DNA of 34,974 bases, taken from positions 1 through 34,974 of the forward strand of contig JBEPYC010000007.1 of assembly GCA_041641555.1 (NCBI GenBank), in the 5' to 3' direction. Numbering within the stretch: the stretch's first letter is position 1; every line of letters begins with the position of its first letter. The notes beneath the pieces are model-generated. The model made no database searches and was not told where the DNA came from. It saw only the letters and a list, made by a program, of their open reading frames with translations. The position numbers and the translations under genes are program-made. The DNA is from Chitinivibrionales bacterium. Lineage in GTDB: Bacteria > Fibrobacterota > Chitinivibrionia > Chitinivibrionales > WJKA01. Of this stretch, positions 17,864 through 27,871 are shown in pieces.

Positions 17864-19441
17864 TTATCCGGTTGCGGTTTTGGCTATCTTACGCGACAAT
17901 CGGCGTTTTCCGTAGCGTACTCCGAGCCAGCCTCCCAGAAAGCCTCCCACAACAGCAAGCATGAACAGCACACCGGCGACACCAAAGAAAAAGCCTGCGA
18001 ACACGAATGCACCACCGGCAAGAGCAATGCCGGCCATACGAACGAAACGAAAAAGATAGTATCCGTGCAGGAATCGACGAAACTCGGGATTTCGTTCACC
18101 GAGAAACCGTAACAGCCGAAGTCCTTCCTGTGTGCGTTTGCCTTTCAGTCTGCGATTCCGGGAATACCTCTCCATGACATCATTCCACCCGCTCTGCCCC
18201 ACATACCGGGCGAACATCGGATACGTAAACGAGACATGCCCCTCATCGATAAGGATATCGATCATGGGAGGCATCAGTTCGCTCTCGCCGGGAACGAGTT
18301 TGTACGCTTTTCGTAGATTGTGGAAAGCTCTGAGATTCTGCCCCCGGCTCCGGTAATACTCCGCCAGAAACCAGTAGTCTTCGACACAGTACGGATACTC
18401 CTGCTTGATCACGCCCCGAACGATCTGTTCCATGCGCTCGAACTGTTCGAAATTCTGGAGGTGGTGATAGAAATCCCGCTGTATTTCCGGGTTATCAGGG
18501 TCCAGCGATAGGGCGTGTTCGAAATTCTTCTCGGCTTCCTCCGGTTTTTCAATTTCCGAAAAGAGAATGCCGCGAAGCCGGTATGCTTCGCCGTCGAGCG
18601 GGGATATGTCAAGTGCCTTACTCACCTCTTCGAGTGCATCGCTGAACCGGTTCTGATTGAGATAGACGAAGGCGAGATCGACATAGCCGACCGACGAATT
18701 CGGATAGAAGTTGATAGTTCGTCGTGCCTCCTCGGTAGCTTCATCATACTTCTCGTTCTGACAGAGGCAGAAAACCAGCCGGGAAAGACTTCGGATATGA
18801 TTCGGCGAGTTGCGAAGGTGCTCCCGGTAAATGGCGGCCGCCTGATCGGGCTTATTGCGCATCAGGTGAAGATCAGCCAGGAGATCCCTGGCTTCATCGA
18901 ATTGAGGGTTCAGGTCAAGTGCGGCCCGCAGGCAGGTTTCGGCTTCTTCCGGCCGCCGCATCCGCTGGTAGGCGATACCGGCGTTTCGGAGAGTTTCAGG
19001 ATTCTCGACCCCGGCTGCACGGGCTTTTTCGAAATACTGTATGGCGATATCGAAACGTTCTAATTCATTGTAGTACCAGATCATCGAGCCCAGCACAGCT
19101 TCGCTGGCAGGTTCGAGCTTCTCGGCTTGCTGAAGGTACTTGAAACCCTTTTTGAGGTCTCCCATCTGTGAGTAGGCATAGAACATGCCCAGAAGGCAAT
19201 CGGTATTGTCTTTATCTACTGCCAGCCCGTGTTCGAGACAGGGAATAGCCCGCTCGGGTTCGTCCCGTTCAGCATAGATTTGAGCATACAACTGGCACAG
19301 GTCGGGTTCATTGGGAAAGACGCTCTGATATCGGTCCAGTAACTCCAGTGCTTCATCGAGCAGTCCGATTTCGATCAACTCCCGGACTTTGTCTATCAGA
19401 TCGTCTAAATCCAGCCACTCATCACCGAGGGGTTCACTCAT
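17864..19441 (-). CDS. Tetratricopeptide repeat protein with two C-terminal TM helices
   Basis: Multiple TPR-like helical repeats (ALDLNPQFDEA, ALSLDPDNPE); hydrophobic C-terminus. Confidence 0.88.
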   Translation of the reverse strand: MSEPLGDEWLDLDDLIDKVRELIEIGLLDEALELLDRYQSVFPNEPDLCQLYAQIYAERDEPERAIPCLEHGLAVDKDNTDCLLGMFYAYSQMGDLKKGFKYLQQAEKLEPASEAVLGSMIWYYNELERFDIAIQYFEKARAAGVENPETLRNAGIAYQRMRRPEEAETCLRAALDLNPQFDEARDLLADLHLMRNKPDQAAAIYREHLRNSPNHIRSLSRLVFCLCQNEKYDEATEEARRTINFYPNSSVGYVDLAFVYLNQNRFSDALEEVSKALDISPLDGEAYRLRGILFSEIEKPEEAEKNFEHALSLDPDNPEIQRDFYHHLQNFEQFERMEQIVRGVIKQEYPYCVEDYWFLAEYYRSRGQNLRAFHNLRKAYKLVPGESELMPPMIDILIDEGHVSFTYPMFARYVGQSGWNDVMERYSRNRRLKGKRTQEGLRLLRFLGERNPEFRRFLHGYYLFRFVRMAGIALAGGAFVFAGFFFGVAGVLFMLAVVGGFLGGWLGVRYGKRRLSRKIAKTATG

Positions 19442-19944
19442 GATTTGCTATCTGCCGTTTCTCCGGTTTCCAGTATTTTCGCAGGATGCGCTCGTTCCCA
19501 GAGCCGCTCGGCTGCCGCCACCACACCGAATCCACCCACCAGGCAGACCAACGCGACAATAGCACCAAACGGGGATTCAGCTTTTGCAGGTGCCAGCTGA
19601 TACACTACCATCAGGGCGGCGACTGCGCAGATAATCGGAATGCCGAAAACAATACCCGCCGCAAGTGCTTCATTGGGGATAAACCTTTGAATCCTCAGCC
19701 GCTGTCCTTGCGATAACCCACTGGTTCCATCGCCACGAACGAACACCTTTGACTGAGTTCTCTTTCTGTTTCCTGCGGATCCACATCCTTCAGAGCCGCA
19801 CGAGGCACATCCTTCCGTGCTGTCGGGATCTCCGCAAACAGTCTCGACCCACGCACCGCGCGCCTCCACTTCCTTAACCCGCGCTTCTTCGATTTTGTAT
19901 TCGCCCAGCATTGCCACGTTGTTCCTCCACAATGATTTACCCAC
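19438..19944 (-). CDS. RseC/MucC family (SoxR-reducing system) membrane protein
   Basis: EEARVKEVE, Cys cluster GCASCGSEGC, then two TM helices with GIP; true start may be the ATG at aa 12. Confidence 0.75.
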   Translation of the reverse strand: MGKSLWRNNVAMLGEYKIEEARVKEVEARGAWVETVCGDPDSTEGCASCGSEGCGSAGNRKRTQSKVFVRGDGTSGLSQGQRLRIQRFIPNEALAAGIVFGIPIICAVAALMVVYQLAPAKAESPFGAIVALVCLVGGFGVVAAAERLWERAHPAKILETGETADSKS

Positions 19945-19976
19945 GCTTTGCTCACCTCCACCCGTTGGCCTGGAGG

Positions 19977-21137
19977 CTACAATAAAGGCCTTTTATAATG
20001 ATGTACGGTTTTCCCGCCCTCAATAATGTATCGATCGACCACAGAACTGAGATTGCAGAGAATTTCATACCCAATGGTGCCGGCCTTCCGCGCGATTTCA
20101 TCAGCCGTAATGCATTCTTCTCCCTGATATCCGAGAATTACAGCTTGATCTCCGGGTTGCACCGAGGTATTTGGCCCCAGGTCGACCATGATGTAATCCA
20201 TGGTTACTCTCCCCGCTATAGGATGCCTTCGCCCCTGGAGCAGAACGAAACCGTCGTTGCTGAGAAGGCGGGGCACCCCATGGGCATAGCCGGCGGCAAT
20301 TGTACCGATACAGGTATCACGGTCGGTAGTGTAGGTGCCACCGTAACTGACCGGCGTGCCGGCCGCCACAGACTGCACCCGTACAACGGGTGCTTTCAGG
20401 TTCACGACCGTTTTCAGCTCAAGACCGAAATCCTGTTCCGGATCCGGGTTACACCCGTACAGCACGATCCCGGGTCGAATGAGTGTCTGAGAGATTTCAC
20501 CAAAACGTGCAATCGCGGCACTGTTTGAGAGATGAACCAGCGGCTTTATTCCAGCCTCGTGTAACTGCACCAGAACAGCCGCGAAACGGTCATACTGACA
20601 GCCTACCGAATCGGTCGCCGGAATATCTGCCGAGGCAAAATGCGTGAAGATTCCCTCACACCGGAGCTGGTGACTATTCCCAAGAGCCTCCACCAGGTCA
20701 GAGGCACCCTCACAGGGTATACCAAGGCGCGTCATCCCTGAATCGATATTGACATGAAACGTTATAGGCACCCCGATGCTTCGCCAGAAATGCAGGTTTT
20801 CGAGTCGATTCAGCGTGAACCGGACATGATGACTGCTCCCCCACTCGATTTCATCGGCGGATGCTTCGCCAAGCACCAGGATGGGGGAAGTTATCCTGCC
20901 TTTGCGCAAAGCTTCTGCCTCGCCGGTCCGCGCTACGGCAAAAAACCGAACGCCTTCGCGTTCAAGTGCCTGGGCAATTGGCAGCGCTCCACATCCATAC
21001 GCCTGGTCCTTCACAACCGCAATCACTTCCGAACCGTGTGCCCGTGCTCCAATCCGGCGGAAATTGTGCAAGACATTGTCTATGAGTACCTCGATAAACG
21101 GAACATGATAAGGGCGGATATCGGATTTGCGGCTCAT
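19977..21137 (-). CDS. alr: Alanine racemase
   Basis: AVVKDQAYGCG (PLP lysine), DSGMTRLG, THFASAD, RPGIVLYG, VSYGG, GRVTMD, TIGYEI. Confidence 0.95.
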   Translation of the reverse strand: MSRKSDIRPYHVPFIEVLIDNVLHNFRRIGARAHGSEVIAVVKDQAYGCGALPIAQALEREGVRFFAVARTGEAEALRKGRITSPILVLGEASADEIEWGSSHHVRFTLNRLENLHFWRSIGVPITFHVNIDSGMTRLGIPCEGASDLVEALGNSHQLRCEGIFTHFASADIPATDSVGCQYDRFAAVLVQLHEAGIKPLVHLSNSAAIARFGEISQTLIRPGIVLYGCNPDPEQDFGLELKTVVNLKAPVVRVQSVAAGTPVSYGGTYTTDRDTCIGTIAAGYAHGVPRLLSNDGFVLLQGRRHPIAGRVTMDYIMVDLGPNTSVQPGDQAVILGYQGEECITADEIARKAGTIGYEILCNLSSVVDRYIIEGGKTVHHYKRPLL

Positions 21138-21143
21138 GGGGAT

Positions 21144-21503
21144 CTATTCTTCGATCTTTTCGGCAGTGATTTTCCACTCATTATCGACACGCGTCCTGAA
21201 AAAACACGAGTAGTAGTTCTCGTGACAAGCGGCACCGCTCTGCTCGATCTTAAACAGCAAAGCATCTCCATCGCAATCGATCTGAACGCTTTTTACCTTC
21301 TGCACATGTCCCGATGTCTCTCCCTTGAGCCAGCGTTTCTTCCGACTCCGGGACCAGTAGACCATGGTATCGGTTTCCAGTGTTTCCGCAAGTGTCTCGC
21401 GGTTCATATAGGCAAGCATCAGGACCTCCCCCGTTTTTGCATCCTGAGCAATTGCAGTCACCAACCCTTTTTCATCGAATTTTACAGCATCAATCAATGA
21501 CAT
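21144..21503 (-). CDS. hisI: Phosphoribosyl-AMP cyclohydrolase
   Basis: [30 protein letters not shown]...SCF. Confidence 0.96.
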   Translation of the reverse strand: MSLIDAVKFDEKGLVTAIAQDAKTGEVLMLAYMNRETLAETLETDTMVYWSRSRKKRWLKGETSGHVQKVKSVQIDCDGDALLFKIEQSGAACHENYYSCFFRTRVDNEWKITAEKIEE

Positions 21504-21561
21504 TGTTCATCCTTTCACCTTTGGCATTGTTCTTCAAAAACTCTGATTGGCCTCCGAGCCC

Positions 21562-22827
21562 TCATTCCCTGATCTGACCAACCCCTTCCACAATCCATTT
21601 GTAGGTAGTCAGGTCGTCGACACCCATCGGACCGCGGGAATGAAGCTTGTCCGTCGAAATCCCGATTTCGCATCCCATACCATATTCACCGCCATCGGAA
21701 AACCGCGTGCTTGCATTGACAATAACCGAAGAAGTGTCTACACGACTGCGGAATTCTTCGATCTCTTTTCTGACGGTGCTGACAATCGCATCGGTGTGTC
21801 GTGAACCGTACTTGTTGATATGATCAATTGCCCCGGAAACGCCATCAACTTCTTTCACTGCAAGCCGAAGATCCAGGTACTCAGCACACCAGTCCTCTTC
21901 TGTCGCCTTTTTGACCTTCGAGGAGATCTTCTTAACGGCAGTATCCCCATACAGCTCCACGCCGCCTGCAAGCAGCTCTTCGATAAGAGCCGTTTTCTTT
22001 CCTGCCGACATCCCCTTGTCGATTAGGAGCGTCTCCATGGCATTACAGACTCCCGGACGCTGGGTTTTGGCATTCACTGCGATGGGAATCGCAATATTCA
22101 TGTCTGCCTTTTTCGAGACAAACACATGACAGACACCCTTGTAATGCTTGATAACAGGTATTCGTGATTTCTCGACAACCCTGCGAATGAGGCCCTCTCC
22201 TCCGCGCGGAATAATCAGATCGATGTGTTCATCCTGCTGAAGCAGAATGTCGACCGCGGCACGATCGGTGGTTCCAACCAGCTGCACCGCCGAATCGGGC
22301 AAGCCGTTCTCGGCCAGTGCCTTGGAGAAGAGCCGGGCCAATGCACGATTTGAATGAAATGCTTCGGAGCCCCCACGGAGAACCACGGCATTCTGTGATT
22401 TCAGGCAGATAGCCGCAGCATCGACCGTGACGTTTGGTCGCGACTCATAGATAATCCCTACAACACCAATCGGGACTTTCGTTTTATAAATTCGCAATCC
22501 GTTTGGCCGAACGCGTTCATCGAAATTCTTCCCCACCGGGCTTTTCAGCTTTCCCACCACTTTCAGGCCATCGATCATCGATCCAATGGTCTTGTCAGAG
22601 AGCGTCAGCCGATCGATCATTGCCGCAGAAAGACCCTTTTTTCGAGCTGCGGCCAGATCTTTTTCATTCTCTCTCTGAAGACGTTTCTTTTCGGAATCGA
22701 GAAGCTTCGCCATCGTTCCAAGCGCTTTGTTAATACGCGACACCGAAACGGTAGCCATCTCCTCTGAGGCTTTCCGGCTTTTCCGAACAAGGGAGAGAAT
22801 CGACTTCTGAAGTTTTTCATCACTCAT
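21562..22827 (-). CDS. proA: Glutamate-5-semialdehyde dehydrogenase (gamma-glutamyl phosphate reductase)
   Basis: IYESRPNVT, LRGGSEA, IPRGGEGL, CNAMETLL, NASTRFSDG, ISTDKLHSRGPMG. Confidence 0.97.
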   Translation of the reverse strand: MSDEKLQKSILSLVRKSRKASEEMATVSVSRINKALGTMAKLLDSEKKRLQRENEKDLAAARKKGLSAAMIDRLTLSDKTIGSMIDGLKVVGKLKSPVGKNFDERVRPNGLRIYKTKVPIGVVGIIYESRPNVTVDAAAICLKSQNAVVLRGGSEAFHSNRALARLFSKALAENGLPDSAVQLVGTTDRAAVDILLQQDEHIDLIIPRGGEGLIRRVVEKSRIPVIKHYKGVCHVFVSKKADMNIAIPIAVNAKTQRPGVCNAMETLLIDKGMSAGKKTALIEELLAGGVELYGDTAVKKISSKVKKATEEDWCAEYLDLRLAVKEVDGVSGAIDHINKYGSRHTDAIVSTVRKEIEEFRSRVDTSSVIVNASTRFSDGGEYGMGCEIGISTDKLHSRGPMGVDDLTTYKWIVEGVGQIRE

Positions 22828-23353
22828 TGCACATCCTCACTCTCTGAATTGACACTATCGGGTACGGAGGGGGCGGTCCTGCTGTGTATGTTTTCTGCAG
22901 GTGCGGCGTATTTACTGCCGCCTGCACTACTGTCTACCACCAAAGCGCCGGCATATTTTTCGGTGGTTGCCTGAACTCCGGCATGTCGATAAGATAACAT
23001 CGAACAGAGCATCTGCACTGTCCAGATACGACTTGGCAAGCAAAAACTGTCCGCAGAGAGCCGCCCAGGAACTGAGATACAGGCACTTGCTTTCTTCATG
23101 CAACGTATTCTGCTCATAACCTACAAACCGTCCGGCCAGGACTTTCTCCCGATTGTACTCGGAGAAACTGCTGTCGTAGGCAGCCCGGATCCGGTCCCAG
23201 GATTCGTTTCCCCAGTCCCTCTCCCCTGAAAAAGTCCTTCATAAAACACGAAGAAAACAGACAGGCTGTCACCAATCCGAGTGCAAAGAGAACCAGGGGC
23301 TGAGAGCCAGGGAAGAGTTTCCTTTGATACTTTTTCGTTTCTGAACCACGCAT
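22824..23353 (-). pseudogene. Lipoprotein gene apparently split by two +1 frameshifts
   Basis: Start 23353 (GGGGGG RBS) with lipobox FSSC; continues in a second frame 23238-22927 (SGERDWGNESWDRIRAAYDSSF...); a third frame ends in ATGA overlap with proA. Confidence 0.5.
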
Positions 23354-23584
23354 ACCCCCCGTGCAAGATGTACCGGATCGGGAGCCAAGCGAAAAGCTCC
23401 TCAGTGCGCCTGCGATCGACACCCTTTGCATGAGGCTTTCACGATTTAAGTGTTTCGTTCCCGCTGCATGCAAGAAACCGTTGGGAGCACCAGCGAAGAT
23501 GCCCGTGAACAACCGGCAGTGGCACTACTCCACAAGCATCGGGAAATACCCTTCGCAGCCGGCTCGACATCAGTGGAGTTGTCG

Positions 23585-23824
23585 CTATCCTCCAAGTGAA
23601 CAGGCCTGCCCACCGCCACAGGAGCCGGCACCGGGGCATCCCGACGACACGCACGATGGCACCGAGCCACTCTGGCTCATCGTGATTCCTCCCGGAGCGG
23701 AAACAAGCTTTTCGGTATCACCGGAAGTGCATTTGGGACAAGCAACCGAGTCGCTTTTCTCGCGAGAGATCAGTTCTTCGAACTGGTTTCCGCATCCGTT
23801 ACACCTGTATTCAAAAATGGGCAT
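23585..23824 (-). CDS. FmdB family zinc-ribbon regulatory protein
   Basis: MPIFEYRCNGCG..FE...CPKCTS..TEKLVS; Cys/Gly-rich tail; AAGGAG RBS. Confidence 0.92.
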   Translation of the reverse strand: MPIFEYRCNGCGNQFEELISREKSDSVACPKCTSGDTEKLVSAPGGITMSQSGSVPSCVSSGCPGAGSCGGGQACSLGG

Positions 23825-23980
23825 ACATTTCTCCTTTGCCGTACGACCGAATTACTCAGGAAAATACAACCGGGTGGCAAAAAACTCTGATTTCGCTGCC
23901 GCAGGAGCCTCTCTTTGAAATAGAAACGGCAGCCACAAAGGGGCTGCCAGAGATATTCCGAAGATACACGGAGGAGTCGA

Positions 23981-24241
23981 TTATGAGGCGAACTCCTCAA
24001 ACGGTATCCCTTCGTCGATCAACATTATGGGTATGTCTTCGCGTATCGGGTAGAGATATTTCTTGTCTTCGCGAACCAGGCCGGCACTTATTTTTTCCTT
24101 CACCGGTTCACCGGCACGATTCTTGAGAGTACCTTCTTCAATACGCTTATTAATAGCCTCGATCGGGGCGCCCTCGACCAATGTGACATCTTGCTTTGTT
24201 TCGGGGCAGCATAGAATATCCAGAAGCTCTTTGTCGACCAT
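23981..24241 (-). CDS. Trm112-like protein
   Basis: LLDILCCPETK...YPIREDIPIML. Confidence 0.88.
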   Translation of the reverse strand: MVDKELLDILCCPETKQDVTLVEGAPIEAINKRIEEGTLKNRAGEPVKEKISAGLVREDKKYLYPIREDIPIMLIDEGIPFEEFAS

Positions 24242-24465
24242 AGATTAAACCTTTCGGATGATTAAGTGGCCTGAAGGGCTAAATACCCGGAATCTATCAC
24301 ATGAGAAAATAATCTTATGCGAGCCTGTACGCGAATCCCGCAACCTATCCCGCAGTGCTTCTGCCATGAATCACCGCTGTTCCCGCCCATGCCCATTCAC
24401 CAATTTGAAGAATACACAAGAAGTCGCACTCGCAAGCACGTCTGTAGAAAGCACTCAGGCATCTC

Positions 24466-25371
24466 ATGAAAATCGGGTATCCATGCATAAACAGATCGCT
24501 GGGATGCACGGCGAGCTCGACATTTCGTCTGCGAAACCTCTGCGATGAACGATTGGTAGAGACCGTTGCGTACAATCTCACCTGTCTGCATCGCATACTC
24601 AATTACAACGTCGAAAACGAGCTGTATTTTTTTCGCATTTCCTCGGATCTCATCCCGTTCGCCTCACACCCGGAATGCACTTTCGATTGGCCATCATTTT
24701 TCTCCCCGGAACTTAGAAACATCGGTGCCATTATCAAACGGCACAGCATTCGCATCTCGATGCATCCCGATCAGTTCGTCCTGATCAACGCGAAAAAAAG
24801 TGATATTGTCGACAGGAGCATCCAGGAGTTACACTACCATGCGCGGGTTCTGGACGCTCTCGGACTGACCTGCGCCGCTAAAATCCAAATCCATGTTGGC
24901 GGTATGTACGGGGAAAAACAAGAAAGCATACGTCGCTTCATCGATGTTTATAAATCCCTGGATCGATCAGTTCGTCGTCGGCTGGTTATCGAAAACGATG
25001 ACAACAGGTTTACCGCATCCGACTGTCTTCGGATCAGCAACACCTGCGGTATACCCGTCTTGTTTGATAATTTTCATCACCGCATGCACAACTCAGGCGA
25101 AAAAATGCCTGACATGCTCAAAGAGTGTGCTGCTACCTGGCGTAAATCCGATGGTGCTCCAATGACCGATTACAGTTCGCAACAACCCGGGGCCCGTCCG
25201 GGGGCGCATGTTCGGTCTATCGATACCGCTGACTTCCGATCTTTTCTCCGGGAAACACTGAGTGTCGACTTCGATATCATGCTCGAAATAAAGGACAAAG
25301 AGGCCAGTGCCCTGCAGGCTATGGATATCCTGCGAGGTGACCCCCGATGTTTCAGAGAGGAAACCAAATGA
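24466..25371 (+). CDS. uvsE: UV DNA damage endonuclease UvsE (UVDE)
   Basis: KIGYPCIN, FRISSDLIPFASH, RISMHPDQF, IHVGG, IENDD, FDNFHH, IMLEIKDKE. Confidence 0.95.
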   Translation: MKIGYPCINRSLGCTASSTFRLRNLCDERLVETVAYNLTCLHRILNYNVENELYFFRISSDLIPFASHPECTFDWPSFFSPELRNIGAIIKRHSIRISMHPDQFVLINAKKSDIVDRSIQELHYHARVLDALGLTCAAKIQIHVGGMYGEKQESIRRFIDVYKSLDRSVRRRLVIENDDNRFTASDCLRISNTCGIPVLFDNFHHRMHNSGEKMPDMLKECAATWRKSDGAPMTDYSSQQPGARPGAHVRSIDTADFRSFLRETLSVDFDIMLEIKDKEASALQAMDILRGDPRCFREETK

Positions 25372-26324
25372 GCTTACCACCAATCAAGGTAGGAATCAGT
25401 GCATGCCTTCTGGGAGAAATGGTTCGCTACGACGGCCAGCACAAGCTCGACCGATACCTTCGAGACACCCTCGGCAAATATGTCCAATGGATACCGGTAT
25501 GCCCCGAGGTAGGGTGCGGCCTGAGTATTCCCAGAGAAGCCATGCGGCTGGTGGGAAGCAGCTCCGAGGAAGCGCGTCTGACCACGGTTCGATCCGGGAT
25601 CGACCATACCCTTCGAATGCTGGACTGGACACAAGAAGAGCTTGCGAGACTTGCCCCTCAAGAGCTGTGTGGATTCGTTTTCAAGACCAAATCTCCAAGC
25701 TCCGCAATGCGTGATGCCAAACTCTATACCGAAAAAGGTCACCCTTCCCAAAGCGGGCCAGGCCTATTTGCCCGGGAGTTCATGAAAAGCTTTCCCGACA
25801 TTCCCGTAGAGGATGATGGCAGACTGCATGATGCCGGCTTGCGGGAGAATTTTATCGAACGCGTATTCGTCTTTGCCCGATGGAAGCAGTTTTACTCCGG
25901 CAGGCGAATGGCCCGGGAGTTTATCGAATTTCATACCATCCACAAACTTCTTTACATGGCGCACAGCCCGAAACACTACAGTGCGCTCGGCAAACTGGTC
26001 GCAGGCGTGAAAAAGAAACCTTCAGACGCTCTTCTGGAGGACTACTTTCATACCATGATGGACTGCCTGCGACTCATTGCCACTGTTAAGAAACATGTAA
26101 ATGTCCTCTACCATGCAATGGGCTATTTCAAGACCAACCTTTCGGCCGAAGAAAAACGGGAACTGCGCGAGATTATCGAAGAGTACCAGAAAGAGCTGGT
26201 GCCGCTCATCGTCCCCGTTGTACTCTTCCGGCATTACACGCGAAAATACGCCCAGGAATACCTCGAGAAACAGGTATATTTCTATCCGCACCCCGATGAA
26301 TTGAAGCTGCGTAATCACGTGTAA
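25368..26324 (+). CDS. DUF523-DUF1722 protein (YbgA / RudS-like thiouridine desulfidase)
   Basis: GISACLLGEMVRYDGQH, VCPEVGCG..PRE, KSPSS, EDDGRL, LRENFIERVF, YPHPDELKLRNHV; ATGA overlap with uvsE. Confidence 0.9.
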   Translation: MSLPPIKVGISACLLGEMVRYDGQHKLDRYLRDTLGKYVQWIPVCPEVGCGLSIPREAMRLVGSSSEEARLTTVRSGIDHTLRMLDWTQEELARLAPQELCGFVFKTKSPSSAMRDAKLYTEKGHPSQSGPGLFAREFMKSFPDIPVEDDGRLHDAGLRENFIERVFVFARWKQFYSGRRMAREFIEFHTIHKLLYMAHSPKHYSALGKLVAGVKKKPSDALLEDYFHTMMDCLRLIATVKKHVNVLYHAMGYFKTNLSAEEKRELREIIEEYQKELVPLIVPVVLFRHYTRKYAQEYLEKQVYFYPHPDELKLRNHV

Positions 26325-26362
26325 ATGTATTTTAAAGATTACGAGCCAATTAATGAGGAGAA

Positions 26363-27871
26363 ATGATGGCGAGAAAAACAAAAAGGGTTGTCGTGATAGG
26401 CGCCGGTCCGGGTGGTCTTACCTCGGCCATGATCCTTGCGAAAAAGGGGTTTGATGTCCGAGTCTACGAAAAGCAAAATCGGGTGGGAGGAAGAAACGCG
26501 ACTCTCACCTTAGGGCCTTATACCTTCGATACCGGCCCTACCTTCCTCATGATGAAACATGTTCTCGAAGAGGCCTTTGCCGAGGCGGGAAAAAAACTCA
26601 GGGATTACTGCAACCTCGTCGAACTCGACCCGATGTACAAGCTGTCCTATACCGATCTCGATGTCTATCCGACACGAAAGCGGGCAAAGATGGCCAGACA
26701 TCTATCCGAGCTGTTTCCGGGAAGCGAAAAGGGACTGCAAAAGTTCTACAAAAGAGAGCAGGTGCGTTTTGATAAGATGTACCCGTGTCTTCAGAAGCCC
26801 TATTCTTCGTTCAAGGACCTTTTCTCTCCTCCTTTAATCAAGGCATTACCGCACCTCGCACTCACACGCTCACTGTTTCAGGTCCTGGGAGATTATTTCC
26901 CTCCCGAGCGGCTTCGCACAAGTTTCACCTTTCAAGCCAAGTACCTTGGCATGTCTCCCTGGGAATGCCCCGGCGCTTTCACGGTCATACCTTTTATCGA
27001 GCACAATTTCGGTGTTTTCCATGTGATTGGGGGCTTGAGCAGAATCTCGGAGGCAATGGCCGAAGTAGTCCGGCAAAATGGCGGCAGCATAACCCTCTCC
27101 TCGCCGGTTCGCCGGGTTCTGACTGAACGCGGGAAGGTAACAGGGGTTGAACTCACGACCGAAGAGCGAATCGATGCCGATGCGGTCGTGGTCAACGCCG
27201 ATTTCGGGCATGCAATGACAAGCCTGTTCGAACCGGGAGTACTGAAAAAATACACTCCTGAACATGTCGCGAACATGAAGTATTCCTGCTCGACCTTCAT
27301 GCTGTATCTTGGAGTGAATACCACCTATGATGAACCCCACCACAATATTATCTTTGCGCAGGATTACAAACGGAATATCGAAGATATCGCCAAACTTCGC
27401 GCACTGCCCGATGACATGTCGATTTACGTCAGAAATGCTGCGGCATCGGATCCAACTCTCGCCCCCGACGGACACTCAGCGCTGTACGTATTAGTTCCCG
27501 TTGTTAACAATAAAGGACCGGTAGAATGGACTGAATCGGTCATTTCCGAGTATCGTGAAAAAGTCCTCGACCGCATCGTCGCCCGCACCTCCATGAAAGA
27601 CCTGAGAAGCAGAATCGTTGAAGAGAAAGTCCTCACGCCATCGTGCTGGGAGAGGTCCTATGATGTCTTTGAAGGAGCGACGTTCAACCTCGCCCATAAC
27701 CTTCGGCAAATGCTTTACTTCAGGCCGCGAAATCGATTTGAAGAAGTACGGGGATGCTACCTTGTTGGTGGAGGCACGCATCCCGGCTCGGGCCTCCCGA
27801 CAATCTACGAATCAGGTAGAATTTCATCACGCCTTGTAGAACATGACCTGGGCGGTCCCGGGTCCAGGTGA
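26363..27871 (+). CDS. crtI: Phytoene desaturase family (CrtI/CrtN-like) FAD oxidoreductase
   Basis: VIGAGPGG, FDTGPT, VVVNAD, YLVGGGTHPGSGLPTIYESG; GAGGAG RBS. Confidence 0.88.
   Translation: MMARKTKRVVVIGAGPGGLTSAMILAKKGFDVRVYEKQNRVGGRNATLTLGPYTFDTGPTFLMMKHVLEEAFAEAGKKLRDYCNLVELDPMYKLSYTDLDVYPTRKRAKMARHLSELFPGSEKGLQKFYKREQVRFDKMYPCLQKPYSSFKDLFSPPLIKALPHLALTRSLFQVLGDYFPPERLRTSFTFQAKYLGMSPWECPGAFTVIPFIEHNFGVFHVIGGLSRISEAMAEVVRQNGGSITLSSPVRRVLTERGKVTGVELTTEERIDADAVVVNADFGHAMTSLFEPGVLKKYTPEHVANMKYSCSTFMLYLGVNTTYDEPHHNIIFAQDYKRNIEDIAKLRALPDDMSIYVRNAAASDPTLAPDGHSALYVLVPVVNNKGPVEWTESVISEYREKVLDRIVARTSMKDLRSRIVEEKVLTPSCWERSYDVFEGATFNLAHNLRQMLYFRPRNRFEEVRGCYLVGGGTHPGSGLPTIYESGRISSRLVEHDLGGPGSR

Noticed and set aside
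23430-23584. Possible ncRNA between the FmdB gene and the frameshifted lipoprotein (ACTCCAC/GTGGAGT stem)
   Set aside because: No 6S, SRP, hammerhead or riboswitch consensus could be recognised
24335-24354. ATCCCGCA tandem repeat upstream of uvsE as a light-regulator operator
   Set aside because: Only two copies and no match to a CarH/LitR or LexA site that I can support
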